Source: Takakia lepidozioides (taxonomy: Eukaryota > Plantae > Bryophyta). Taken from it: a stretch of 64,000 nt of DNA. Both the position numbers and the translations under genes were made by a program. The stretch covers positions 64,294,001 to 64,358,000 of the forward strand of contig CM060733.1 in NCBI GenBank assembly GCA_030704615.1, written 5' to 3'. The notes under the pieces are model-generated. The model was not told where the DNA came from. It saw nothing but the letters and a program-made list of their open reading frames with translations, and searched no databases. Below are positions 25,801 to 38,850 of this stretch, piece after piece. The number at the start of each line of letters is the position of its first letter. Within the stretch, counting starts at the first letter, position 1.

Positions 25801-27725
25801 CTAACATAAAAAGCAAGGTACTATAAAAAAAGGTATGTCAATCCTAAATCCTAAATTGCCAAAAAAAATAAAATAGGAAAGTACACACTATGAGAATTGG
25901 AAAGAAAATGGCGTTATATAACGACTTTTGGGAAACGCCTGGATCTCATGGGAGAAAATGGATCCGAAGAAAACATGAGAGAGGATAAAAAGTCAGACCA
26001 CCAAATAAAAACTAAGAGAAATGGAAATTGCCTATTATTGCCTAAATTGCCTATAAAATTTACCTATTAGGCAAACAACCATCCGGAATGTGGTTGAAGA
26101 GTGCATCCAACTGAACACAATCCACAAGGGGACCCATCAGTTTTTGAGACTCATGAAAGTTAAAACATCCACCTTGCTTAGTCAAGACATGTGCATGGAA
26201 GAAGATGGTCTGCCACACATGTATTCACACCAAAGAACATTAACGCACATTCCAAGATGTTGAAAGGTTTAGAGGTAGAAGATAAAAAACATTCCAGTAA
26301 ACATTTTTCTAGTGTGCGGATGAAGGGCCCAAGAGGTTGACAGTGTGATTGTTGATTGCCAAGGAATTTTGAGTGTCTGTATTGAAAATGTTTGGTTTCT
26401 CTTTCTGCCATGTTAGTGCCTTCAAGAATTTACATTTTATTGTCCTCTGATTCCATCAGCTTGCCTGCATATGTTGTCGCATCATGTGTAAATGTGCAGC
26501 TGATTTGCGGGGATGGCAGGTGGCATGCGGCTCTCCCTCACGCTACCTCCCACCACATCTTGTTGAAGCATTACAGGTGTGGCACCCCCTTAGCTTTTGT
26601 GCTTTCTGGTGTTCCCTACTCATATTTTCACTTTTATTGCGTACCTCATGGCCTAGGTGGGGGTAGAGGGGTAGAGTAGTCTCTTGTTGTTGTTAGCACG
26701 TGACAGCCCAACTCATCCTTGCGTAGCTAATTACCTAAACTGAACCATGACGCTAGATTGAAGAGGACCAATGCAAGAAGAGGAGCGTTCAAGAGAGAGA
26801 CACCCGGTTACATCACAAGAGGAGCAAGATAAAATAAAAAACACCAAAAAACTTGTCCCTTCTGTCAATCATTGGTTGGGATCGAAGAGGAATATGGCAA
26901 TGCATATCATCAATACAATAATGTTGATTCTTTGAAACCGAACCATGTGGAGGAATATAGAATCTGGAAACGTGTGGAAAGCAGGTTTGTCATCTATGTG
27001 GATCACTTGCACTTCCTGAAGGCTGCACTTGCGTTAACCAGAGACGATCCAGACTTGGCCTCTGATTGAAAGGTAATTTCATGTCAGAATTAGGTAGTAT
27101 GGTTGTCATGAAGCTGAAAATGTCAGTAGGTTGTTTGTTTTGTTGGTTTGTTGGTTTTCATGAAGCTGGAAATGTCGGTAGGGTGTTGGTTTGTAGCTCC
27201 ATCCTTGCCCCCTCATGTTGTTGCGCCGCCTACCCCGTCACTTGTCATAACTTGTGAGGCTGAGTGGTAGGTAGCGGGGGAGAATGCCACACACCAAACG
27301 ACCGGAAGATAACGCGGGAGTGGGACGAAACTTGGTGAGGCTCACCATTTTTTAAGCTTTTAGCGTTCACCTGTCCATCTCGGAGTCGTCTGATGATGGG
27401 CAGATGTGGGCTGTGATGATACGAAGATTGAGATGCACCATGTGCGCGAAGGGCGCGGGAACGGAGGCTACTATAAGAAGATCTAGTGGGGGTTAATTTC
27501 TGGAAGGAATTGCGGCTATTCATGCGATGATTAATCGAAAACAAATCCCATTATGTAAACCTCATCACCAGGCGCCTCACCAAGGTAAATTGCTCCACGA
27601 GCAGCATATAGATCTCGTCGTGGCGAGACTCGGTGGTAAGATCAGTGAGGGGGAGAAGAAAGCCGGATGATGGGAGACAATCACGTACGGCTTCGAGGAG
27701 GGGGGGGGGGAATAACCTACCCGCC

Positions 27726-27913
27726 GTTACCACCGTCATTGTTACTTCCCCCAAGTTCCGCTTTGGTAGAAGTGGGCGCAGGTACCGGATGGACTGTCTA
27801 TCCGCCCTTAAGTGGTATAACCAGTCATTCTGGAGGATCTGTTGATTCAGCCACTTCTAGTCCTCATTCATCGGGTGTTCCCTCCATTTCAGGTTCTATC
27901 AATTCTATCACTA
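27726..27913 (+). pseudogene. cox1: Unedited cox1 exon (CDS nt 324-511)
   Basis: [38 protein letters not shown]; 10 deviations from the conserved COX1 sequence, all repairable by C-to-U editing. Confidence 0.95.
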
Positions 27914-28559
27914 GTGTGCCGTGCGAGGCTCGTTTCCGGTTAGGAATAATACCCATATTCCTACATGTATGTCTGACTCCCATAAGAAAATATGTGCAGC
28001 AGGCCAATGCGGCATCTTGGGCTGCCAATAATCCAACATGTTTGCAAGCAGTTGGTCAATGGGGACGCCAAAGGGGACTGCCCTCCTTGGTGGTGTCCCT
28101 TAACCGGGGTCGGCAGGGTCAGGTTAACCAACTTGATACGCACTCACTGCCCGAGAAAGGGCTACATATCCCGAGCAGAATACGTCGGTATATGTGTGGC
28201 AGAGTAACCCAAGACCCAATCTGGTGAAAGCTTTGACTGATGTAGTGAGCGGTCATAGTTGTCGGACAGCCACCATTGATTCCAGCATAGGAACCGGCTT
28301 GAGCAATCAAGCAAGTGTGCAAGGACCTTAAACTACTGGGGGCTTTGACGAAGGTTAGGGCGAAAACACGGAGATAGAGCAACCACGGGAAGTAACCGCT
28401 TCACATCGTCCAACCAACGATGCGCGGGCTTAGAGGTCTCGTAGTAGCGAGGGGAGGGGAAACCGACCCACCAGCCAGGACACGAAGGTGACTAGTCAGA
28501 AAACGATCCATAGTTCTTCATCTATCTCGGGCAAAAAAAGTTCCTCTCGCAAGTCTATC

Positions 28560-29900
28560 TGGAGAAATCAGAAGAATGGTTGGCGGAGTGACGCCGGTAC
28601 ATATGCTAAGAAAATGGTGAACAATTGTAAAAATAACTAGGGACGCTGCTATAACGGACTGATATGAATTCTATCGGTTCCTATGTTTCTGGTTCACTGC
28701 TATGGGAGTATCCGAGGTAAGCCTAGCAATATGACTCGTAAAACTGGCTTTCTTGGCTTCACGAAGAAGGGGTCAGATGGTCGTCAAACCCTTGATGGAT
28801 TGGATAGAAACTGTTTTTTAAAACTTGCGGAACGTATACGCCGCAAGGGCTAGATCCAATTTTCATCCACGCCAAGGATATTAATACCTGAGCCTGGTGA
28901 AAGGAATAAAAGGCCCCTAGGTATCGCTTCTCCAAGAGAAAAAATGGTGCAAGAAGCACTCCAAATGGTCTTGGAAGCCATCTGGGAAGAACGATTTCTA
29001 GACAGCTCCTACGGATCCAGACCAGATAGATCCTGTCACTCGGCACTGCGATTTATCCACTTGAAAGACAATCACCATTCTTGGATAATTTGAGGTGACA
29101 TATCCAAGTGCTTCGACAGGATACCACACTCCATCATCATGAAAAGGTTGAGGGCCGTGGTAAAATGTCAACGGACACTAGAACTTGTTATGAAAACCCT
29201 GAAAGCAGGTTACTTCGATCCAGAGAGTGGCCAGATCATCCATTCGCATTCGGTTACTCCCCAAGATAGCTTTTTAACCCCACTCTTATGTAACATAGTT
29301 CCTCACGAACTGGACCAATTCATTCTCGGTATGGATCCTAATTTCTGAGATTCAACTACATAAGATACGCTGACGATTTCGTAGTTTTCATCTCCGGCGT
29401 CGAAAATGAGGTTGAGGAAATAAGAGCGGAAATTAAAAGCTTCCATGAACAAGCGTGTGGTCTGGAGCTAAATGTGGATAATACTCTTACAACATATCTA
29501 AGTATAAATAGCGAATGGTTCAACTTCCCAGGGGCTTAATGTAAAAAAGCCCCTAGAATAGAAAGATCGTTCTATACGGCTAGATATTACAAAATCACAC
29601 GGAGAGCTCACACCCGAATGATGGTTTTTGCTCCAATCGAACATCCGTTGCTCGAACGAAAGACATGGGGGTTATTGAAAATGAACCATATGGATATAAT
29701 GTAACCAACTGCGATGAGAGGACTGGTAGGACTATCACACCCAGATATCCCGACCTTCTACAATCATAAGATTCTAGGATTGCTTAACCTTATTCCTTTG
29801 CGGGTAACAGAGGAAATCTGCAAAAAGTGATATGGTTTCTAGTTCACTCATGCACTCTAACCCCATCTTTGAAATAAAAGCTTGGAACTGGAAGAAAGTG
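28560..29900 (+). pseudogene. Group II intron reverse transcriptase/maturase, decayed
   Basis: KRPLGIASPREKMVQEA, DISKCFDRI, TPQ..LTPLLCNI..HELDQF, YIRYADDF (about 29360-29380); many stops. Confidence 0.9.
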
Positions 29901-29979
29901 CTGCTGGGGACACGCGATGTCGGCCGGCCGCGCTATTTTGAAGATAGCGCGCCAGATGGAGCGCCTGCTGGGCATGCTC
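29901..29979 (-). mobile_element. Truncated end of a Harbinger MITE (same family as 35505-35858)
   Basis: Reverse-complement match to 35505-35583, ending CTGCTGGGCATGCTC followed by TTA. Confidence 0.85.
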
Positions 29980-30689
29980 TTATGATTCATTTATTACAAG
30001 AATGAACGCATTCAAACATTCATCCAACCATCCATTCATCATCCACCTAGTCCTATTTCTGGTCAGCAGAACATGCAGTGAACGTGACGCGTTGGACGAA
30101 AAGAATCTAACGGCCGCACGCTACGCCAACTCAGACTAGTCTACAAAATCCCAGGTTGGTTTCCACGTGCCGCCGGCTCCGACCACGGCCCACGACGCTT
30201 CATCGCCGCGGCTCGTGGCACCGCCTCGCCATCCAGTAACGAATAATGAACGAATAAACCAATGGCGTGGATGAATAAAGTGTGCACTGCTAGGGTTGAG
30301 GAGACTCCAGAGTTGTCGTCGTCTTCGTCGTCCACACGCTGCTCCCACAAACGAGTGTGTGGTGTCTGTTTGTTTGTCTGTCTGTGGAGGATGTGCGGAG
30401 GAGAGGTGTTGGGACCGCATAATCCAAGTTTGTCTACTGACTTGTGTCGTTTCCGAAAATGAACGAGAGATTTTTGTTTGGTGGAACTTTGGAGCGGGAA
30501 CTCCCAAGAAGAGGGGGCATGTGCGTGCGGCAAGAGATGTGGAACGAATGATATGTGCACAAGTATGTTCGGAAGTTTGATTCATCGCGTCGCACTGCCT
30601 GTCCTGTTTCGTCATATCTATCGCTGCCCATCAATCCCTCTCTTGGGTTCCTTCGCTGCAGTTGTAGTGCAGCAGATGTATGTTACAGC

Positions 30690-31100
30690 CAACAACCTTC
30701 TTCATCTCTAAACCACGAGTCATGGTGACCCGCAACCCGAGCATTGAATTTGAGTCTCTCTATGGGCCGCCCTCAGGTATTCTAACATTTATGTATTCAG
30801 GGATGGGATGGTAGGAATCGAATCGAAAGGTCAAGCTAGGAAAACATGGGACAAACTCTGTGCAGACATTGAACGTGACGCCACGAATGCAGCAACGCTC
30901 CACATGAAGTTTCAACACACCTGGGGCACACAGGGCCTCATATGCAGCAGCCCTGTGCAAGACCAATGCAGTTGGAACGAGCTCCCCCCTCAGGCCTGTC
31001 GAGATCTTCGCGCACCACTCCACTCTTTCCCCGGAGTTTGAACGGGACATTAACTGGAAACATCAAAAGCCTTCATCGACTGCTTCTAAGCTGCACTATA
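30690..31100 (+). mobile_element. Probable 3' tip of an L1-like LINE
   Basis: RKTWDKL..FQHTWGTQGLIC..CSWN resembles the ORF2 C-terminus at 52077-52330 (KKTWVSL..FDITWGKDDLLC..VQWN). Confidence 0.5.
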
Positions 31101-31502
31101 GATAGATCTCTCTCTCAGCTCCCCCATATTCAAAGATCTTATTACTCTCTCTCGACATCACCCGCCCTGCGTCATCGTAGACAGAGTAGGGTATGCGTTG
31201 TTAAGACTTTAGGTCTCGGGCAGAGAGCCCTGTTTTTTGGTCTCTTGGACTTTCTTCCAATCGGAGGTGTTTGGCTCCTGGATCACGGATCTCTGTGTAA
31301 GTGTCCATCAGTAGAGGCACGGTATTTTGTTCTACAGACTTAATCTCCATCAGGAGATGATTGGCTCATAATACACTGAATAGGGTGTGTGTGCCTTATG
31401 GCGACAAGGGGGTTTTAATTTTTTTCTCCTCAATAATAGGATTCAATTTAAAAAATAAATAAAAATTCATATAGTCCTCCCGTGAGGATGAATGGTTCTT
31501 AA

Positions 31503-32281
31503 CCCTTAAGTTCCCAAGCGACCTGAATCGGGTCACTTTGAATTTGCAGTTCGACCTAATTTTTGCAGATCTAATCTAATGGGGCCCACTCCTGAAGCTT
31601 TAATGACAAGGGATTTGTCTCGAGTATGATGCAAAAAACAAAAAACAAAAAAAAAAAAGCTACGACCTGCAAAAATATCTTAGATCTCTCATTTACGTTT
31701 TGGGGCCTGAAAAGAGCTTGTTGACCGCTGACGTGGCAGTAAACAAGCCCAAAACAGATTGCACTCCAAATGCCATTTTTGGCAGAAAATTAGCAATCTT
31801 GGAAAAAGCACTTCACCATGTGGTGTGTGAGCATTACATACACACATCCACCATTGGCTTTTAAAAATTTTGTAGAAAAAAAAGTACTTCATTTGGAGGC
31901 ACATTTTCTCTTGTCAATTTTGAGATTTCAACCCCCATGTAATTGTATGCATAGCAACCATAGGTGAAAAAATCAGTTGGACCTGCAATTTAGTGCCTCT
32001 CCACTATTGATTTGGAAATGGTGGGTCTTGGGGCAAGCAAAATTGGATAAAGCTAGGTTTTGATTTGGTCAAACCAATTTCTTTCTCACTTTTTCTTTGG
32101 GACCTGATATTTGAGGTCCAGGCCAACGCTATAATCTCACAATTTCCACGGTGGACTTGGCTCATTTTTTGGTATGTCATGCATAAATGAGCTGGGCCCA
32201 TTGCTATAAGGCTGGAATCTCTGGATGATTTTTGGTAGGGTTCTAGGAGCAATTTACTGAAAGGGCTTGGGAACTTAAGGG
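31503..32281. mobile_element. Non-autonomous piggyBac-like element
   Basis: Perfect 17-bp TIR CCCTTAAGTTCCCAAGC / GCTTGGGAACTTAAGGG flanked by TTAA on both sides; no ORF. Confidence 0.82.
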
Positions 32282-32665
32282 TTAAGACACTGATTGCGGT
32301 GTGTGTGCCTTACGGTGTAATGGGGGTTTTAATTTTTTCCCCAAAATAATTTAACATAAAACGTATCAGGGCTACTACCCCTACTACATGCTTTCCACGG
32401 ACTGCGCATTGTTCTTTAGGAGATCGGGTACAGGATATAGTTGTAAGGAAGGTAACAATTGTTTCAATAAAACCGATTCCTGAACTTGCATTTGCCACAC
32501 GCCTTCACCTCGGCCCTGCTTTCTCTCTCGAAAGACTTCTACGTCCCCATGCCTCATCCCCTACAATACCTATACCGTTTCACAGGCTTACTATCTCGTC
32601 TGAATGCAGGGAAACGAAGGAATTGCACTACCACTTATTAGATGACACACTCTCCGCTACACGCC

Positions 32666-32866
32666 TGGGCCAGTGCCATCATCCTCTTGGTCACACGCTA
32701 CGCAATCAGACCAAACTGGCCAAGTAGTTACGTTGATGAGGATAATGTTGCCGTCCTTACAGGACGATCGATCGCGTAACACTCTCGATCACCATGGCTG
32801 TCCCTCCCGAAGAGCTCCAAATTGTCCGGGTTTCAATGCAAAGGTTTTAGAAAATTAAAACCCTAA
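32666..32866 (+). promoter_or_regulatory. Possible site II (TGGGCC) and telo-box (AAACCCTAA) upstream of TOM7
   Basis: Motifs at 32666-32671 and 32858-32866; both are short and could occur by chance. Confidence 0.35.
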
Positions 32867-33055
32867 ATATCCGAGGACCTGAGCAATTCTTCCAAAATAC
32901 TTTTTTAGGGCTTTGAGCATCCATTCGGATCCTCCAACGAAGTCTTTGCTATTTTTGAGGATCTCAGTTTAGGTTTTGGTGGGAAGAGAAGGGAGCTCGA
33001 CGGAGGGGCTGTTGTGTGAAGGCAAGGGTGGCAGAAAGCGTACCAGCTTTTGACG

Positions 33056-33229
33056 ATGCCAGAGATGCTGAAGGGAAGCACGGCAGTGAGGGCGCTCAAG
33101 GAGTGGCCCACATGGTTTCTAAAGAAGGCCAAAGTTTGCACGCACTACGGCTTTATCCCTGTCATTATCTTGATAGGGATGTGCACCGATCCCAAACCTC
33201 AGATATCGCAGCTTCTTAGCCCTGTTTGA
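33056..33229 (+). CDS. TOM7: Mitochondrial import receptor subunit TOM7 (57 aa, single coding exon)
   Basis: [57 protein letters not shown], carrying the plant TOM7 signature KKAKV.THYGFIP..I..GM..DPKP...QLLSPV. Below the ORF-track length cutoff. Confidence 0.93.
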   Translation: MPEMLKGSTAVRALKEWPTWFLKKAKVCTHYGFIPVIILIGMCTDPKPQISQLLSPV

Positions 33230-35504
33230 GTTTGATCTCCATACTCGAGAATGGTGAGGGTGATATGTTTTGAGAGGGGCTTGGAGCTTCCGAGACAATT
33301 TGCTGACATGTGCTTGCATGGAGCGGTTGTACATCACAAGTGTGGGGTTTGGGACTCATGTGGAGATGAAATGACCTTCACTTGTATGACGGATGTTAAT
33401 ACATTTTCTTATTGCAGCTAGATGATTGAATCTTGCTGTCAAGAATTTTCTACGAGTCAGCTTGAGTTTTCCGGCATTGTTAGGAGGATACTATTTTGAG
33501 TTGCATCTTCCTGTGGATCTATATAGCCGAAGTTCTCGGAACGGTCCAAACGGAGTAAACAGTCCAGCTAGAGATTCGTTTAAGTGGATCTGAAGTCCCC
33601 GATAGCAGTAGCTGTAGGCTCTGTTACGTATGTCAACCGATTGGAAATGAGTGTACTGATTGGTATCCACAATAGCTGCTTCACTGTCCATGCTGTTTAA
33701 GTCTTGATTGTGTGTTCAATCTTGACCAGAATATTTTCGTCCTTGCGAAATGGGTTTGTCAACCACTGCATGTTTGCTAATTATGTCAAGGACCCAAAAG
33801 GTTGGGTTCTGTCGTGGAAGCACACTTGAGAATACCGATGTAGCAGAACATCTGGACATTGTAGATTCCTCAGATAACCACCCCTCCAACACAGCCGGAA
33901 AGTACAGGCCTGAAGAAGTTAAGGTCGGCATGTGTTTGGAGATACCTGCTCAGCATTGAAGCGGCAAGACTATGTTGTGGGGATGATCGAACTTCTATGG
34001 CAAAGCCTCTCTCGCTGATGAGTACAGCAGGGAAGCATTTGCAGACAAAGATCAAGTTCTCATCATATATTGGTGAAATGATCTGATCCCATGACCCTAC
34101 GGTGCTGAATGCATGAGAGAGACAAAATAGAAGGAGGGTGCTGCTTGCCTGCTCAAGACTCTCTAGAGTATTCACTCCAGAATTCAGACCTAAAGGAGGG
34201 CCACAGATTGCCGCACAAGGGAAGAACATACTATCATGCTCCTGTTTTGTTTCTTGGCTGCATTTGTTAGCTGGATGCTGGTTAGTCTTAATTTGGTGTT
34301 TAGTTGGCAAGAGCATTAACAGCCAGATTTGGCCAAAACAATTCCGGCAACAATTAGAAACATGGTGCCAGTTATGTCTTTTAGTGTCAAAGGTCACAGA
34401 GACCAGGCCAGCATGTCGCCAGCTGGGTCACATGTCACATCCCTTAACCTGCTGTTTTCCGAATGATGTCACTCTTTCGAACTCCTTCTATGTCTTCTAT
34501 TTCATGTTCTTAGACTTATCAGTGTTCAGTTTGGCTGCGCCTAAATTATACAGGTCTCCAGAGTCTGTTTTGTTGGTCTTGGACTTCATGTTAAATTTGG
34601 TTTGTCCTTTAATTTCCAAAGAATAATTCCCTGTTACTGAGCTGTTGCTGTGCAGCCCTTTAGGTGAATCATAAAGTCCCTTCTGTTCGTTAAAGGTGTT
34701 GCAAAGAAGTATTCTGTCTGGCTTCAACTTGTTGAGCTTTGAGCAATATTTCTCTCTGGCCTTGATAAGCGTGGGCCTCCATCTTCTCCTCAGACACTGC
34801 CAACAATCTTGGATACTACTCTCAGCTCCCTCTCGCACACTGCAGATAATACAAGAGCACTCCGATTGATGAGGGATGTAATATGGGGATGACGCCACTC
34901 ACTTTTGTAGAGTTGTATGCGAGAAGGGAAGGCCATAGCTTCACTTTGTGGTGCTGTGGTGGACTTATCGCAATCAGCTGTGCATCATATATATAAGCCA
35001 TGAATGCAATATCATGAATGATTCAAATTCTCAATCTGTATTCTCTTTGTCATGAATTCCAATGTAGGCAAAGAGTAACTGCAGGTCATATGTGTGGATC
35101 ATTCGTTCCCATATTCGGCATTGTTGAGGTCATTTCGAGGCAGTTTGAAAATCTGTGGAAGTTAAAAACATTGTCCCCTGCATGAATCTCTTAAATTAGA
35201 CAATCTACAATTGTAAACACGAAATCCATGGATCTCAAAGATGAGCTCGAGGAGTCCTCTTTAGGTAGAAATCCTCACCTGTTTGTAAGAACTAAATTTC
35301 CTGTGCAGCATGTGATCATTCTCTCTGTAGTTTGGAATGAGACTATCAAAGATTTGAAACAATTGAGAGTGTATAGGATATTGGTTGTGAGCGGTACATT
35401 TGCTTAGGAGACTGTTACACTGGAACTGTGGTAGTTGTGGACAGGTTTGGGTTTCAAAATGGATGTTATGATACAAGTGATAACTCGCATTGGTGGACTT
35501 GTAA

Positions 35505-35858
35505 GAGCATGCCCAGCAGGCGCTCCATCTGGCGCGCTATCATCAAAATAGCGCGGCCGCCGAATTCGGACGGCCCCAGCAGCACCTGCAAGCGCTTCAA
35601 AATAATGAGCCTCACCAAATTTCGTCCCACTCCCGCGCTATCTTTCGGCGGTTTGGTGTGTGGCATTCGCGCCCGCTAGCTACCACTCAGCCGGGCCCAC
35701 TCTCACCTCAGCGTGGCGCCATTACTCCCCTCTCTTTACGATGGGTTGTTGCTGGGGCTCTTGCCAGCCCGCGCGCCATCTAGCTTGCCTGCCTCACTAT
35801 ATGCCTCCTTAACATAGAGATGGCGGGGCAGTTTAGTGAGCCTCTGCTGGGCATGCTC
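35505..35858. mobile_element. PIF/Harbinger (Tourist-like) MITE
   Basis: 15-bp TIR GAGCATGCCCAGCAG / CTGCTGGGCATGCTC; TSD TAA on both sides. Confidence 0.92.
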
Positions 35859-36489
35859 TAATAGACACTACCATTCCTACAAGAGCTTTGCAATTTCTCC
35901 ACAGAAAATGCAAGAACAAAACCCCATCTCTCTCAACTTTTAACCTCTAAACTCCGGAGCAACCCAGAACCACCCAAAACGGGTCGGTCAGGTTTACTGC
36001 AGGCCCGGATCTAAGAGGGATATTCAGTGTCCGATGGAAGGAAAAGGATGGAACTTTGGTAACAGTATGCCCAAGAGGGAGGTCCAAGTGCAATGTATAC
36101 ATGATTAGGAAATAAGGAAAGCTTGATGAACTGTTTGCTGGGCAGACCAAACAGCCATTGGTTCTGGTCGACTCAGAGTGATGACGAATCATTGCAAGGC
36201 AGAATTGAGAAGGCCATGAAAGCCTGACCCGCTGTCTCTGTACATCCTCTTGTCAACATATGAGCAGCTGGCTCCAGTGTGAATACTTCAGCCTGGACTA
36301 GTTTGATATGCCCACACTAGACTAACACAAATCCCAACTTGCAACCAACTTAAGAGTGCGAGATGTACTAGAGAAATGATCATGATCTTAGCACCAACAA
36401 TGAAGTGGTATAAGAGATTCAATTGATCAAGACAAAACTTCACAAAACTTCACAAGGTCTAAGTCTACTTCACCAAAATTCAAGTTCAC

Positions 36490-38850
36490 ATTGGAGGCCT
36501 GCAGCTATAACACTCACATATGACTTAGTAGTCTGCTGCCTGATAGGTATTCTTACCCTAGTTCTGCTCTTTGTCCTCATGTTTTGATCATGTCACAAGT
36601 GAGGACATACTTCAACCTCTCAAATGAATACCTGGAAGTTGCATGCATAACGAATGGACCACTTAGAAAATAAATGGTAGAGGAAAATTAGCAATGTTTG
36701 ATTTGCAAAGGAACCCTGAAGTGTAATGGGCGGGGCCAGCACCCTCCTACAACTTCCCCACTAATTTATGCTCATTGCATGCAAGCGGGGAATGAAAGCC
36801 AAAGTTTGAGTAAAAGATCAATTGCCAATACTTCAAAAATGTGACACCCTCATTTTAACATAACAGCATGGAACACAAGCAAGCCTCTTGTTGTAATTAT
36901 GAATAGATTGTGAAATGATTAACATAATCTGGAAGTTGAAATGCTAGCAACAAAGTGGCAATGATGTAGTGCTAAACAAGACATCGGTAGGTCAAATAGA
37001 TACATACACCGATATTTGTAGTGGGTGGTTTCTGAAGGTTATTGGGAAATGTCTTTGTTAGGAGCTTTGCCTGATTCATGGCAGTATCAAACCTGGTATG
37101 TCAGGCTTCTTCTAGGTATACGTGTCATGAAGTTTAAAAAAATGTGGCCAAGTAGTGATTGTGCCGTTGTATGAGTCCCTCGGGGTGAAAATACACCATA
37201 ATTTACACTTCCTTGGATAGACATCGTCTTTTGCGGAGTTAATGAATTTTTTAATTTGCACAGTTGGAACAAGACGACATATTACAATTCTCAAATAGAT
37301 CATATATGGCTTAATGCACCTATGCAGCGTTGCTTGTATAGGACAAAAGATGCATATTGGACCAACCACAAACCCGGATAAAATGCATTTGTAATTTGCA
37401 TGTGTATGATAACGGACATGCTCCTAGCTAGCTTCAATTCAAGAATGAAAAGTCATTAGATACACTACACCCAGAAGTCAACTTACCAATGGGCTAATAT
37501 TGTAAGGTGTTATGAGTGGATATGATAACGATTGTGTAGCTAAACAACTTGGAAAGAGTCACCCAAAAGACAACCCTGAAGGCATGGGTTTATGCCTTTG
37601 AAATTGTAAAAGACATGAACATGGGTAATGAATGTCAGAGTCTCGTCTAGTCGTTCATGCAGACTTGGCTTGTTCAAACTTCAAACCCCTTGAATATGAA
37701 ATTATAACCAAGTTACAATGAATTGTCCAACCTTCAGCTGCAGTGCAACCATGGCCGGTGATTTTTCGGCTTGAAGGTGGTCCTGGTCATCAACATCCTT
37801 CTCCAAAACTAAGTAGATGTTGTCTGCATGCATTTGTAAATTTGCCAACAAAGGTCATTATCTTACTTATTTTTCATTGTTATATATATATATAAAAGAG
37901 AAGAGGGTATTAATCTTAGAACTATTGCCGTAAATAGATTCAACAATGTACATTGCAGCTAGGCCACACTTAACAAGAAAATGCAACATTTTGGGTTGCA
38001 AGAGGGAGTTCATTTTGACTCTAAGAGCAAACGAATGCATGCAAAATTTGAGATATAAATGATTTCCTGTATTGAAAGGATTCCAGCATTCATTGATACA
38101 GATTTTGTACTTGTTGGTGATACTACATGCAAGCACAATCACAATCTATGGTTCTATAGAAGTGTAAGTGGGAATTGATTCAAACCTCGGGTACATCATA
38201 CTCTTTCAATATCGTCAAGCACGACCAACCTGCACCAGCCATTCATCCATTAAATCAATATTTCATCCATTCATCTAGACATTTATGTATGTCTTAAAGC
38301 AAAAAGCTTTATTAAAAAGAGCGATTTAAAAAAAAAAAAAACATCTAACAATTCGAGACCTTAGTGACAAACACTTTATTGGCTCTTCTTTATTCTAAAA
38401 AAGAGACGACACATCAGTGTCAAAAATCGCTAAGCCCCTCTTGTGCCTTCCCAACATGCCACCTCCTCTCCTTTGCATGATGTGGCTTCTCCATGTAACT
38501 CCACCTTTAGGTAATATCTATGTTATTGAGCAACTGACGAAATTTCAAGTTTATTATAGAGGAAAATAGATTCCACTATTCACAAGGAGGAGCTACTGGC
38601 CCGGCAGCCTTCGCATATGATTTTTGTTTATTTGCTTGTTGAAAGAGATAAAATATGGGATATGTACTTTGCATCTATTAAATTAGATGTTCTGGAAACA
38701 GAGATCGATTCATCTTCATGATTTCAACTCCTCGTGGGACTGATGCAACATCCTCTACATTTGACATTCCGATTTGAACGCAATCTGGTCCTCCAACTTT
38801 CTCAGTTACTAGAGACTCTCCTAATTTGTGGAATTCTCTTGCACAACCTG
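36490..38850 (-). pseudogene. Unidentified multi-exon gene remnant
   Basis: Series of AG..GT-bounded segments (for example 36557-36630, 37094-37270, 37733-37824, 38150-38229, 38670-38847) with protein-like but stop-containing translations. Confidence 0.35.

Larger units (their letters stand above)
27250..29900 (+). other. cox1: NUMT: mitochondrial cox1 fragment (3' part of group II intron cox1i323, exon, most of intron cox1i511)
   Basis: Group II domain V GAAAGCCGGATGATGGGAGACAATCACGTACGGCTTC (about 27658-27694), a 188-nt exon, a GTGTG intron start at 27914, and maturase remnants. Outer boundaries are approximate. Confidence 0.92.
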
